The notes beneath the pieces are model-generated. The model made no database searches. It worked only from the letters and a program-made list of their open reading frames with translations, and was not told where the DNA came from. Made by a program: the position numbers and the translations under genes. Of a stretch of 47,975 nt of DNA, positions 33,429 to 42,470 are shown in pieces (position 1 is the stretch's first letter; the number at the start of each line of letters is the position of its first letter). The stretch covers positions 1 to 47,975 of the forward strand of contig JAIFWV010000005.1 in assembly GCA_019659055.1 (NCBI GenBank). Reading direction: 5' to 3'. Origin of the DNA: Candidatus Doudnabacteria bacterium (GTDB lineage: Bacteria; Patescibacteriota; Doudnabacteria; UBA920; O2-02-FULL-48-8).

Positions 33429-33976
33429 CCCCAAAGAATTATTCGCGAGGATTTACTTTAGTCGAAACTTTGGTCGTGCTGTTTATTTTCTCGCTTGGGA
33501 TAGTTATCATCTTTGATATGTTTTTGGCCCAGAACCGGTTATACCGAACGCAAACTGCACAGTTAAATATCACAAGCTCCGTACGGTTTGCTCTGGATGA
33601 CATCGATAATTATGGTCGGCAGGCCCATCGGACTTTAGCCAGCTATTCGACTTATACCGCCGGACCGCAGACTCTGATCTTGGAAATTGGGTCGGTCAAC
33701 TCCAGCGGCCGCCTGATTTCGGGAACCTATGACCATGTCGTTTATTATTTGACTTCCGGGAGTCTCACCCGGGTGGTCATCCCGGATGCCTCAAGCACAC
33801 GCCCAAGCTCGACTCGCGTAGTGGCCGTCAACGTCACCGCACTGACGTTTACTTACAACAACGCCGACTATACTTCGGTGACACAAGTCGATACATCGCT
33901 GACTTGTGCCGAATCGGCGAGTATCCAGACCCGCACCTACACCGGCAGTTCTAAAACTAAATTAAGATCCTACTAA
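33425..33976 (+). CDS. Type IV pilin-like protein
   Basis: G-FTLVETLVV prepilin motif. Confidence 0.9.
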   Translation: MTPKNYSRGFTLVETLVVLFIFSLGIVIIFDMFLAQNRLYRTQTAQLNITSSVRFALDDIDNYGRQAHRTLASYSTYTAGPQTLILEIGSVNSSGRLISGTYDHVVYYLTSGSLTRVVIPDASSTRPSSTRVVAVNVTALTFTYNNADYTSVTQVDTSLTCAESASIQTRTYTGSSKTKLRSY

Positions 33977-33978
33977 AT

Positions 33979-35361
33979 ATGAACAGAAGCAGAAAACAGC
34001 AGGGAGCGATTATCATTATTGCGCTGGTATTCGTCCTCATCATCATGAGTCTCATCGCCTCACTGATTGGCTATACCTTCCTCCAAGCCCGGAGCAGCCG
34101 GCAGGCAGTGGCTCGGGAGCAGGCTTTGAATATCGCCGAGGCCGGAGTGGAGACGGCAATCTGGAAACTCAACCATCAAACCGGATATACGGGTGAGACC
34201 AATACTTCCTTTGGCAATGGTGTTTACACCGTGACCATGACCAATCTCAACAATATTACCCGCATTATAAACGTCAACGCTTATGTTCCTAACCAGACTT
34301 CTCCTGTGGGGCAACGGCGGCTTCAGGTGACGGCAGTCATTGGCACCAAGAACTTCGGCTTTATCTATGGAGTTCAGGTCGGTGGCGGTGGGCTGGTCAT
34401 GGACAACAATAGTCAGGTTACGGGAAATGTTATTTCCAATGGCCCGATTGTTGGCGGCAACAATGGCTCGGTGATTACCGGAGATGTAATTGTCGCCGGC
34501 GCCAGCGGGTCGATCCAAAATCTGACCATACAGGGGAATTCCAGGTCTCACAGCATCCAGAATTCGAGCGTCACCAAAAACGCCAATCACACCACTCTGA
34601 CTTCGACACAAGTGACGGGGAATGCCTCGGTTAGTTCCCTGGCCGGCCCAAGCTGTTCGGTGGCGGGCACTGCGGCATATAATACCCGCACAAACTGTAC
34701 GGTACTCGGGGCGATTACCACACCCAACTCGAGTGTCCCAGCTGATCCCGCAACCACCACATTGCCCATTTCTGCGAGCCAAGTTACGAACTGGGAAAAT
34801 GAGGGTGCTTCCGGTGGCACGATTTCCGGGCAGACGATCAGTGGGACGGTAAACTTGGGACCGATCAAGGTCAATGGGGATCTAATCATTAACGGAACCG
34901 TGAATATGACCGGGACCATCTGGGTGACCGGGAATCTCACAATGGGTAACGGTTCAAAAATCCAGTTGGATCCAAGTTTTGGACCCTTAAGCGGAGAATT
35001 TATAGTCGGTACGGCAGGTACGACCACCAATGGCTACATCAACATCAACAATGGAGCGACGATCCTTGGTTCGGGGACCTCCGGTAGTTATGTCATGATG
35101 CTCTCTGAACGGAATACGTCCGGCACCAGCAATGTGGCCATTACAGTTGGCAACAATGTCGCGGGAGCGATTTTGTATGCCAATGATGGTTTGGTAGAAG
35201 TCGTAAACAACGCCTCTCTTAAAGAAATCACGGCCTGGAAGCTTCATTTAAATAACCTGACCAATGTTACCTACGACACCGGCTACAGTTCCGCGGAATT
35301 TACTACCGGACCCACGGGTGGGTGGGAAGTCAAAGAGCAGACTTGGCAGCTTCTGCAATAA
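33979..35361 (+). CDS. PilX-like minor pilin with Gly/Thr/Asn-rich C-terminal domain
   Basis: QQG-AIIIIALVF, AEAGVE.A motif. Confidence 0.85.
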   Translation: MNRSRKQQGAIIIIALVFVLIIMSLIASLIGYTFLQARSSRQAVAREQALNIAEAGVETAIWKLNHQTGYTGETNTSFGNGVYTVTMTNLNNITRIINVNAYVPNQTSPVGQRRLQVTAVIGTKNFGFIYGVQVGGGGLVMDNNSQVTGNVISNGPIVGGNNGSVITGDVIVAGASGSIQNLTIQGNSRSHSIQNSSVTKNANHTTLTSTQVTGNASVSSLAGPSCSVAGTAAYNTRTNCTVLGAITTPNSSVPADPATTTLPISASQVTNWENEGASGGTISGQTISGTVNLGPIKVNGDLIINGTVNMTGTIWVTGNLTMGNGSKIQLDPSFGPLSGEFIVGTAGTTTNGYININNGATILGSGTSGSYVMMLSERNTSGTSNVAITVGNNVAGAILYANDGLVEVVNNASLKEITAWKLHLNNLTNVTYDTGYSSAEFTTGPTGGWEVKEQTWQLLQ

Positions 35362-35415
35362 TTTGCAAAGCATGGTATAATAAACGGGTAAAAATACACC
35401 TCAGAAACACAAATA

Positions 35416-36489
35416 ATGTTCAGTTTATATAACGATTCAAAAACCAAAGCATTTGGTCTGGATGTTTCGGATTCAGACATCAAAGTCATGGAACTTGGGG
35501 TGCATGGTTCCAACCTTTTTCCTATCGCGTGGTCGCAAGTCCCTATTTTGCCCGGCGTGATTGCCAATCATATGATCGTCAACGAGAAAAAACTCGCTGA
35601 AAACATCAAAAGTGCAATAGAGGCCGCTAGTCACATCGGGACGGTCTATGTCGTGGCTTCGATTCCAGAATCCAAGTCCTTTGTCCGCGTGCTCAAGATG
35701 CCCAAAATCCCAATGGCTGAACTCGACGGGGCCATTCCTTTTGAGATTGAGCAAAGCATCCCGGTACCGCTCGAGTTGGTTTATATGGATTGGCAGTTAC
35801 TACGCGAAACACCGGAGGGAATGGAAGTGCTAGTGACCGCGACCCCCAAGGATTACGTGAATTCTTACGCTTCAACCCTGAAAGAGGCCGGGCTGATCCC
35901 GGTGGCATTTGAGCTCGAGTCCCAAGCCATGGCCCGGAGTCTGGTGGCCCAAGATGATCAATCAACCGCGCTCATTGCCGATATCTCAAGCCTGCAAACC
36001 AGTTTCATAATTGTGGAGGAGGGTAATGTCCAATACACCTCGAGCATACCAATTGCCGGTAATTCCCTGACCGAAAGCATCTCGCGCAACCTTAAAATAA
36101 GTCCGGTTGAAGCGGAAACCATCAAACGTGAGCGCGGGTTGGTCGCCGACATAAAAAAAGGCAATATCAGGCAGGCGATTTTGCCGCTCTTGGATAACAT
36201 CGTCAATGAAATAAAAAACGTGGCCCGCTTCCATGAGGAACATTCGCCCAAGCACACCAGTATTGCCAAAATTATTCTGAGCGGCGGTTCGGCCAAGCTT
36301 CCCGGGATTGCTGATTATATTGCGGCCCGGATGAGTCTCAGTAGTCAGAAGTCCAGTGGGGAAGTCATCCTTGGCAACCCTTGGATAAATATCGCCGATA
36401 TTTCCAAAGTCAAACTGCCCTTAAGTCAAATTGATGCGCTAAGCTACTGTACGGTCGCGGGCTTGGCTCTAAGAGGAGCGACATCCTAA
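35416..36489 (+). CDS. pilM: Type IV pilus assembly protein PilM
   Basis: FGLDVSD..IK, IADI, ILSGGSAKLPG, VAGLALR. Confidence 0.92.
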   Translation: MFSLYNDSKTKAFGLDVSDSDIKVMELGVHGSNLFPIAWSQVPILPGVIANHMIVNEKKLAENIKSAIEAASHIGTVYVVASIPESKSFVRVLKMPKIPMAELDGAIPFEIEQSIPVPLELVYMDWQLLRETPEGMEVLVTATPKDYVNSYASTLKEAGLIPVAFELESQAMARSLVAQDDQSTALIADISSLQTSFIIVEEGNVQYTSSIPIAGNSLTESISRNLKISPVEAETIKRERGLVADIKKGNIRQAILPLLDNIVNEIKNVARFHEEHSPKHTSIAKIILSGGSAKLPGIADYIAARMSLSSQKSSGEVILGNPWINIADISKVKLPLSQIDALSYCTVAGLALRGATS

Positions 36490-37046
36490 TGAAAATTACA
36501 AACCTCCTACCGCAATCCGAACTGAAAGGTCTGAGACTGCTGCTGGCCAGCAAGCTCTTGGTTAAATTTTTTATTGTGATTGCTATCTCGCTTACTGCTT
36601 TCTTCCTGATGACAATGGCCGTAAGGTTTTATATCGAAGGCTCTATCACCGAAAGCCAATCCCGAATCGGCGAGCTTCAGCGCCAATTGAGCAGTTCCGA
36701 TAACCAAGCTCTGGAAAAACAAGTCCTAAACCTCAATACCCAAATTCGCAACATCAAGAGCGCCAACCAACAGCATTATTATTGGTCCAAGGCTTTGGTG
36801 GAACTTGGGAACATCACTCCAGTCGGCATGCATTTAAACACTTTGGATGTGGATCGGGCCTCCGGCAAGCTTGTGGTTGAAGGCGTGTCGGACAACCGAG
36901 ACGACGTAATTACGTTTTGGAGTAATGTCACGAAATCGAGCTATTTCCAAAATATAAATTTTCCTTTGAATAACCTGGAATCCGCTGCTGATACCGAATT
37001 TACTTTTACCTTTAGCATAAAACCTGAGACTATAAAAACCGAATGA
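36489..37046 (+). CDS. pilN: PilN-like protein
   Basis: NLLP start, TM, coiled coil, position after pilM. Confidence 0.8.
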   Translation: MKITNLLPQSELKGLRLLLASKLLVKFFIVIAISLTAFFLMTMAVRFYIEGSITESQSRIGELQRQLSSSDNQALEKQVLNLNTQIRNIKSANQQHYYWSKALVELGNITPVGMHLNTLDVDRASGKLVVEGVSDNRDDVITFWSNVTKSSYFQNINFPLNNLESAADTEFTFTFSIKPETIKTE

Positions 37047-37723
37047 AATTGACTCCATTTACAAGAATTGTATTGATAGTTTTTCTCGGAGTGGTTCTGC
37101 TTGTAGCTGCCACGTTTGTGTTGATTTTGCCGAGCCTAAATCGGATTGATACTCTAAACAAAGATTTGGTAGCCAAAAAGACCGAGATCTCAAACCTCGA
37201 ACAGCAGATCCGGGCCTACCAAACCGCCCAATCCGATCTCAACCGAGCCGTTGATAAGCAGGAGATCTTCGATGCGTTCCTGCCCAAAGAAAAATTGGTG
37301 ACAGTCATCAAAGAAATGGAGAGCGCGGTAGCAAACAGCGGCACCGGGGAAGAAGTTCTGAGTATAGACGATCCGTTTCTGGCCGCCGCTACCGGCCAGC
37401 CGGCGACCAAAAATGCAAAAAAAGAAGATCCGACTTTGGTTGGGGGACTCAACAATATTACCCTCGTCCCGTACGAGCTAAACTTCTCAAATGACTATCT
37501 CGGGACGATTCGGCTGCTCTCTTATCTTGAGCACCTCCCGCACTTTACCGAATTTTCGTCTTTCCACTTCTCGGCCCAGACTATCACGCCGGCCGCCGGG
37601 ACATCGCAGACCCAAGTCCTTGAGCATACCGGGAAAATTTCCGGAACCATCAAAGGAATATTTTATGCCAGAAAAGAAGTAACAACACCAACAACCAAAA
37701 ATGCAACTAAAACTACAAACTAG
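37043..37723 (+). CDS. pilO: PilO-like protein
   Basis: TM, coiled coil, Y...IRLL..LEHLP; position after pilN. Confidence 0.7.
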   Translation: MKLTPFTRIVLIVFLGVVLLVAATFVLILPSLNRIDTLNKDLVAKKTEISNLEQQIRAYQTAQSDLNRAVDKQEIFDAFLPKEKLVTVIKEMESAVANSGTGEEVLSIDDPFLAAATGQPATKNAKKEDPTLVGGLNNITLVPYELNFSNDYLGTIRLLSYLEHLPHFTEFSSFHFSAQTITPAAGTSQTQVLEHTGKISGTIKGIFYARKEVTTPTTKNATKTTN

Positions 37724-37964
37724 TTATAAGCCGCGCTTAAACAGTATCTTGACTTTCATAACTTTGATCGTATTATTGGTCGAGGGCTACTTGGCGTACA
37801 ATCATTTGTATAAAAACTTTACCATAGTCGAACCGACCCCAGATAATGATAAAATTGTCCGGGTCGATAACGCCTCCTATAAAACCATGATTAGCTATCT
37901 GCATCAACTCAAAATTTTTGCTCCGGACTTCTCGGCACCGGTCAATCCCAATCCGTTCAAATAA
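37701..37964 (+). CDS. Small pilus-operon membrane protein
   Basis: Single TM, ends NPNPF; coupled to pilO. Confidence 0.7.
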   Translation: MQLKLQTSYKPRLNSILTFITLIVLLVEGYLAYNHLYKNFTIVEPTPDNDKIVRVDNASYKTMISYLHQLKIFAPDFSAPVNPNPFK

Positions 37965-37995
37965 AAAACCCGCTTCATCTGAAGCGGGTTTTTTT
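37963..37995. terminator. Bidirectional terminator
   Basis: AAAAAACCCGCTTC-atct-GAAGCGGGTTTTTTT. Confidence 0.85.
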
Positions 37996-38203
37996 AGAAT
38001 AGAGCGGGATTGGCTGGTTTGCCTTGTTTTGAGACTTTTTGGTTGATGATCTTATTGAGGTCGGATTGCCGAATCTTCCATTGTGAGCCGATTTTGAAAG
38101 CGGGGATTTTGCCGGTTTTGCACCAGCGCCAGATTGTCTGGGTGGAAACGCCAAAAAACTTGGCCAATTCTTCGACATTTAGGATTTTATCATCCTTGTT
38201 CAT
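37994..38203 (-). CDS. Excisionase-like HTH (HTH_17) DNA-binding protein
   Basis: LNVEELAKFFGVSTQTIWRWCKTGKIPAFKIG.QW.I. Confidence 0.9.
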   Translation of the reverse strand: MNKDDKILNVEELAKFFGVSTQTIWRWCKTGKIPAFKIGSQWKIRQSDLNKIINQKVSKQGKPANPALF

Positions 38204-38261
38204 AAGTCCAGCTTAGCATTGAAAAGTATCCTTTTCAAGGGTATAATAACGGGGTTATTAG

Positions 38262-38336
38262 GCGTCTGTAGCTCAACGGATAGAGCACTAGTCTTCGGAA
38301 CTAGTGATGGGGGTTCGATTCCCTCCAGACGCACCA
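38262..38336 (+). tRNA. tRNA-Arg(TCG)
   Basis: GCGTCTG/CAGACGC acceptor, CTAGT-CT TCG GA-ACTAG, GGTTCGATTCC, CCA. Confidence 0.95.
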
Positions 38337-38341
38337 GAAGA

Positions 38342-38638
38342 ATGAAATTATTTCAAAAACGGAAAGAAGATTTTATCTGCGGCCATTGCGGCGAAAAAGT
38401 TCACGGAGATGGCTTTACCAACCATTGTCCGAACTGTCTTTGGAGCAGGCACGTAGATATAAACCCAGGTGATAGACGTAACGATTGCCGCGGCCTCATG
38501 GAGCCAGTTGGGATTGAGCAGAAAAACGGCGAAAACGTAATTGTACATCGCTGCATGAAATGTAAGTTTGAAAAGAAAAATAAGGTTGAACCAAACGATA
38601 ACTATGATATAATTGTGCAGTTGTCGGCATTGGTCTAG
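38342..38638 (+). CDS. RNHCP domain protein
   Basis: F.C.HCG...TNHCPNCLWSRHVD..PGDR...C.GLMEP...HRC.KC; ATG 38342 just after the tRNA. Confidence 0.9.
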   Translation: MKLFQKRKEDFICGHCGEKVHGDGFTNHCPNCLWSRHVDINPGDRRNDCRGLMEPVGIEQKNGENVIVHRCMKCKFEKKNKVEPNDNYDIIVQLSALV

Positions 38639-38771
38639 GTTCCAGGGTTTATTACAAAATTAAAACGAGATCAGGGGTTGCTTACCCGTTTTAATTTTGA
38701 GAGGAGCAGTCAAAAGACCGGAGCGGCCGTGAATTTACAAACGGACGCGAAGTGTCTGTGAACTGCGACGA

Positions 38772-38847
38772 GGAGTGGTAGCTCAACTGGTAGAGCAGTT
38801 GCCTCTTAAGCAATTGGTTCTGGGTTCGAGTCCCAGCCACTCCACCA
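38772..38847 (+). tRNA. tRNA-Lys(CTT)
   Basis: GGAGTGG/CCACTCC acceptor, GTTGC-CT CTT AA-GCAAT, GGTTCGAGTCC, CCA. Confidence 0.95.
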
Positions 38848-38991
38848 AGAAAAATATATAAGTGGAAGAAGTCACGGCGTGACTTCTGTCTGGACTCGAA
38901 TGCCGGAACGCCGCTCCAGGCGGCGAGGCGGGGTCGCGACCGCGCTTTAGCGCGAGTTGTGACCGAGTCGTGAGCCACTCCACCAAGAAAA
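38848..38991 (+). repeat. Structured insert ending in a duplicate of the tRNA-Lys 3' end
   Basis: AGCCACTCCACCAAGAAAA at 38835-38853 and again at 38973-38991; GC-rich hairpins between. Confidence 0.8.
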
Positions 38992-39006
38992 TTTTACAAA
39001 TTTATT

Positions 39007-40041
39007 ATGCCTAATCAATCATCCTCCAAAAATGTTTTTCTGTTTTATGGCGAGGATGATTTTAGTTTGCGCCAAAAAGTTAATCTCTGGAAAGAGGAGT
39101 TTACAAAGAAGTTTTCCCAAGCCGGCGTTATAACGCTCACCTCAGACGGTCTGTCCGAACTCGATATGGCCAAAAAACTGGAAGAAGCTTTGAGTCCGTC
39201 TTTGTTTTCCAGCAAGAAATTGATCATTGCCCGAAATTTTCTACCTGCTAAGGCCAGCCAAGAGCTATTGATCAGCAGTTTAGAAAAACTGATCCAGAAT
39301 ATTCCGTCTGATTATTTTTTGGTTTTTTGGCAAGATCATATCGATAAAAGGCTTGCATTTACCAAAAATTTTCTCAAAAGTGCGACTGTCACTGAATTCA
39401 TCCTGCCCCACGGGCTGGAGCTGAATTCCTGGATAAAACGTCAGGCGCAAGTTTTGAAACTGGACCTGGATAACCAGGCTATTGAAAAATTAGCGGTCCT
39501 ATCCGGCCGGGATTTATACGAAGAAAAGAAAATCGGCGGCCGCATCGTCGATCGTAAGGAGTTTTTTGATTTGTGGCAGATCCGTTCGGAACTCGAAAAG
39601 CTAGCGGCTTTTTCTAGTCATCCAACCGCTGATCAGGTCAGGGAGCTGGTTGTCCCAAAGATTTCAGAAAACGTTTTTGCACTATCTGATGCGGTGGTGG
39701 CCCAGAATAAAAAAGCGGCATTTGAGGTTTTGGAAAATCTTATGAGCGAGGACAGCGGCGATGAGAAATCCATTAGCATCAAGCTTCTGGGACTTATCTC
39801 AGAACAAGTCCGGTCGCTTTTGGTGGTTAGTGTCCTCAAGCAGCAGAATATGGATCAAAATCAGATTGCCAGTTTCTTGGGTTGGAGTCCGGGCCGCGTT
39901 TTTATTACAATAAAAAACAGCCGAGCTATAGATCTCGGAAAACTCAAAACTATCCTCAAAAAACTTTTGGAAGCCGATGCGGTGATCAAAAGTTCAGACG
40001 CAAACCCCAGGCTCTTACTGGACCTAATCATAGCGAGCTAG
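39007..40041 (+). CDS. holA: DNA polymerase III subunit delta
   Basis: FLFYGEDDF, SLFSSKKLII, SELEKL, NVFALSDA, D..IKS. Confidence 0.9.
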   Translation: MPNQSSSKNVFLFYGEDDFSLRQKVNLWKEEFTKKFSQAGVITLTSDGLSELDMAKKLEEALSPSLFSSKKLIIARNFLPAKASQELLISSLEKLIQNIPSDYFLVFWQDHIDKRLAFTKNFLKSATVTEFILPHGLELNSWIKRQAQVLKLDLDNQAIEKLAVLSGRDLYEEKKIGGRIVDRKEFFDLWQIRSELEKLAAFSSHPTADQVRELVVPKISENVFALSDAVVAQNKKAAFEVLENLMSEDSGDEKSISIKLLGLISEQVRSLLVVSVLKQQNMDQNQIASFLGWSPGRVFITIKNSRAIDLGKLKTILKKLLEADAVIKSSDANPRLLLDLIIAS

Positions 40042-40063
40042 CCTGAGGTCTGCCGAGAAGTAA

Positions 40064-40225
40064 TTATTCTCTCCCTCCGGATGCCGAGCCGCCTTTTTTA
40101 CCGGCTCGGCGGGCTTTCTCAGTATCGTTTGCGAAATTTCCGGGGTTGTTTTTTTTGCCTTGCGCCTTGCCGCCTTTGCGGCCAGCAGCAGCATGTCCTG
40201 CCGAATCACCATACCATGCCATCAT
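40064..40225 (-). CDS. KGG-repeat stress-induced small protein (YciG/GsiB-like), not in ORF track
   Basis: MMAWYGDSAGHAAAGRKGG...PGNFANDTEKARRAGKKGG; SD AAGGAG 5 nt upstream. Confidence 0.85.
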   Translation of the reverse strand: MMAWYGDSAGHAAAGRKGGKAQGKKNNPGNFANDTEKARRAGKKGGSASGGRE

Positions 40226-40442
40226 AAATGCTCCTTTTCCCGCCCGCGGGCGTTTGATTAATACTTTTGTATTTTGCGCTGGGGCCCAAAAAAAATCTAC
40301 TTACATTGTGTTGAAAATTCTTTCCCAATCACACAACAACTTTGTTTGATTGGCTCATAATTGTGGATGCAATCTCTTTGCTCGCGCTAAAAGATTGACA
40401 CTGCTGGCCTGATTTGCTAAAATCACTGCATAAAATTACACA

Positions 40443-42440
40443 ATGCAAAAGACAACTAGATACTTCCGGAGATATATAGTTGCAATCCTAACCTGCTTGC
40501 TTTTTTTTGGTGCCAGCAGGATTTTTGTTGTCCCAAGCAAGGCCGCAGTCGCACCGGAACTGCCGCGAGTCTATATAGATACCACATACCCGGCTCTCGC
40601 TTCAGGAAGGACGGTGCGGAGCGTCAAGAGTTCCTGTAGTGGTGTCTCAAACTGCACCACGTCTTTGCAGACAGCTATTGACCAGGCCGCCTTAGGCGAC
40701 GAAATAGTCGTGGATGCCGGCCTCAAGGTCCGGGGACCTATAGTTTTGAAAAACAAAACCACGGGAAGTGGCTGGATTGTCATCCGGACTTCAAATCTTT
40801 CTGGAATTTCTCAGCCTGGAACCCGCATTTCGCCAAGCCAGGCTTCGGCTATGCCCAAAATTGAAGCTCCGGGGTCCAATGAGAACGCTTTGGAAACGGA
40901 AGATCGGGCGCATAACTACCGATTGGTCGGGATCGAATTCCGCGAAGCAGTCCCAAGCAGTGACGCCAATGTCTTTGTCCAGCTCGGGAGTCTGGATAGC
41001 TACTGCGCCACTGTCACCGAACCCTATAAAGTCTGCGACACCTCGGTCTTGGCGAATTATGCTTATAACATCACGCTGGACCGGGTTTATATCCACGGTG
41101 ATCCTTCGTATGACTCCAAACGAGGCGTGGGCCTCGACAGTAAGGATACTGCGATTATTGATTCCTATATCTCAGATATTCACGTCGTCGGCCAAGACTC
41201 GCAGGCTATCGGTAGTTTCAACGGCCCCGGCCCTTATAAAATTGTTAATAATTATCTCGAAGCTTCGACTGAGAATATAATCTTCGGGGGTGATGACCCG
41301 CGGGTGCAGAACCTGACGGCTTCCGATATTGAGATCCGGGGGAATTATTTATACAAACCGCTGTCGTGGCGAGAGGGTAGTGCGACTTATGCGGGCAAGC
41401 ATTGGGCTGTAAAGAATCTTTTTGAACTCAAAAACGCCGCGCGAGTGATAGTGGACGGCAATGTTATGGAAAACAACTGGTCGGATGCTCAGCCGGGTGT
41501 AGCGGTGCTTATTAACACCACCAATCAGAACGGCCGGTGTCCATGGTGTGCCCCGACCGATGTGACGTTTTCGAATAATATCATAGCGCATTCGGGCGGC
41601 GGGATGTCTTTCCAGGCCAACGATTATAATTATCCCGCATCCACGGGCCGTACGGCTCGAATCCGGGTCTACAACAATCTTTGGTATGACCTTGACGGCA
41701 CAAAGTGGAGGAACCTTGCAAGCGGCACCAAGGCCACAGATTATTTATTTTACTTGCCAAGCGGCGCCAACGAACCGGGTCCGGATGACATCCAAATTAT
41801 CCATAACACAGGATTTGCGTCGGGGACTATGGTCAGCGTCGATAAAAATAGCGGGACGACGTTTTTCACCAAGTCTGGATTTGTTTTTAAAGACAACATT
41901 GCCGCCCATAATACTTACGGGATATTTGGACCAGGTACAAGCGGACTCGACCAGCCGACTATCGCTTCATATTTCCCGGGGGCAGTGGTGACTAAAAATG
42001 TCATTATGGGCCAGCGCTCTTCTACCGACACCAGAGACTGGAGTGCCAATTACACTAATTACCCCGGCAATTATTTTCCCAAGACCTGGACGGATGTAGG
42101 CTTTACGGATATGACTGCCAATAATTATGCTCTTACCTCAGCGAGTATCTACTCTCACGCGGCAAGCGATGGCAAGGATGTTGGAGCCGATGTGACGAGT
42201 ATCAATAGTATGACCTCGGGGGTCAAACTCGGGACTATAACCCCCGGACCGACTCCACCGCCCCCAACTGCGGGCTTAGATGGGGATATCAATATGGACC
42301 ATATCGTAAATTCGCTCGATTATTCTATCCTCAACTCGCATTGGTTTAGTTCAGATACCCAGTCTGATCTCAATCATGATGGTTTGGTCAATGCTTTGGA
42401 TTTTTCCCTTCTCAACAATAATTGGTTGAAAACTTGGTAA
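40443..42440 (+). CDS. Secreted parallel beta-helix (pectin-lyase-like) protein with C-terminal dockerin-like repeat
   Basis: Signal peptide; NN-rich beta-helix turns; DGDINMDHIVNSLDYSIL...SDLNHDGLVNALDFSLL. Confidence 0.8.
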   Translation: MQKTTRYFRRYIVAILTCLLFFGASRIFVVPSKAAVAPELPRVYIDTTYPALASGRTVRSVKSSCSGVSNCTTSLQTAIDQAALGDEIVVDAGLKVRGPIVLKNKTTGSGWIVIRTSNLSGISQPGTRISPSQASAMPKIEAPGSNENALETEDRAHNYRLVGIEFREAVPSSDANVFVQLGSLDSYCATVTEPYKVCDTSVLANYAYNITLDRVYIHGDPSYDSKRGVGLDSKDTAIIDSYISDIHVVGQDSQAIGSFNGPGPYKIVNNYLEASTENIIFGGDDPRVQNLTASDIEIRGNYLYKPLSWREGSATYAGKHWAVKNLFELKNAARVIVDGNVMENNWSDAQPGVAVLINTTNQNGRCPWCAPTDVTFSNNIIAHSGGGMSFQANDYNYPASTGRTARIRVYNNLWYDLDGTKWRNLASGTKATDYLFYLPSGANEPGPDDIQIIHNTGFASGTMVSVDKNSGTTFFTKSGFVFKDNIAAHNTYGIFGPGTSGLDQPTIASYFPGAVVTKNVIMGQRSSTDTRDWSANYTNYPGNYFPKTWTDVGFTDMTANNYALTSASIYSHAASDGKDVGADVTSINSMTSGVKLGTITPGPTPPPPTAGLDGDINMDHIVNSLDYSILNSHWFSSDTQSDLNHDGLVNALDFSLLNNNWLKTW

Positions 42441-42470
42441 AATAAAATATTAACAAGAAACAAAATTTTC

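Noticed and set aside
37994-38336. Prophage or ICE at tRNA-Arg
   Set aside because: Only a lone HTH gene; no integrase, att duplication or phage genes
38219-38341. N-terminal extension of the RNHCP ORF in the track
   Set aside because: It reads through tRNA-Arg; real start is ATG 38342
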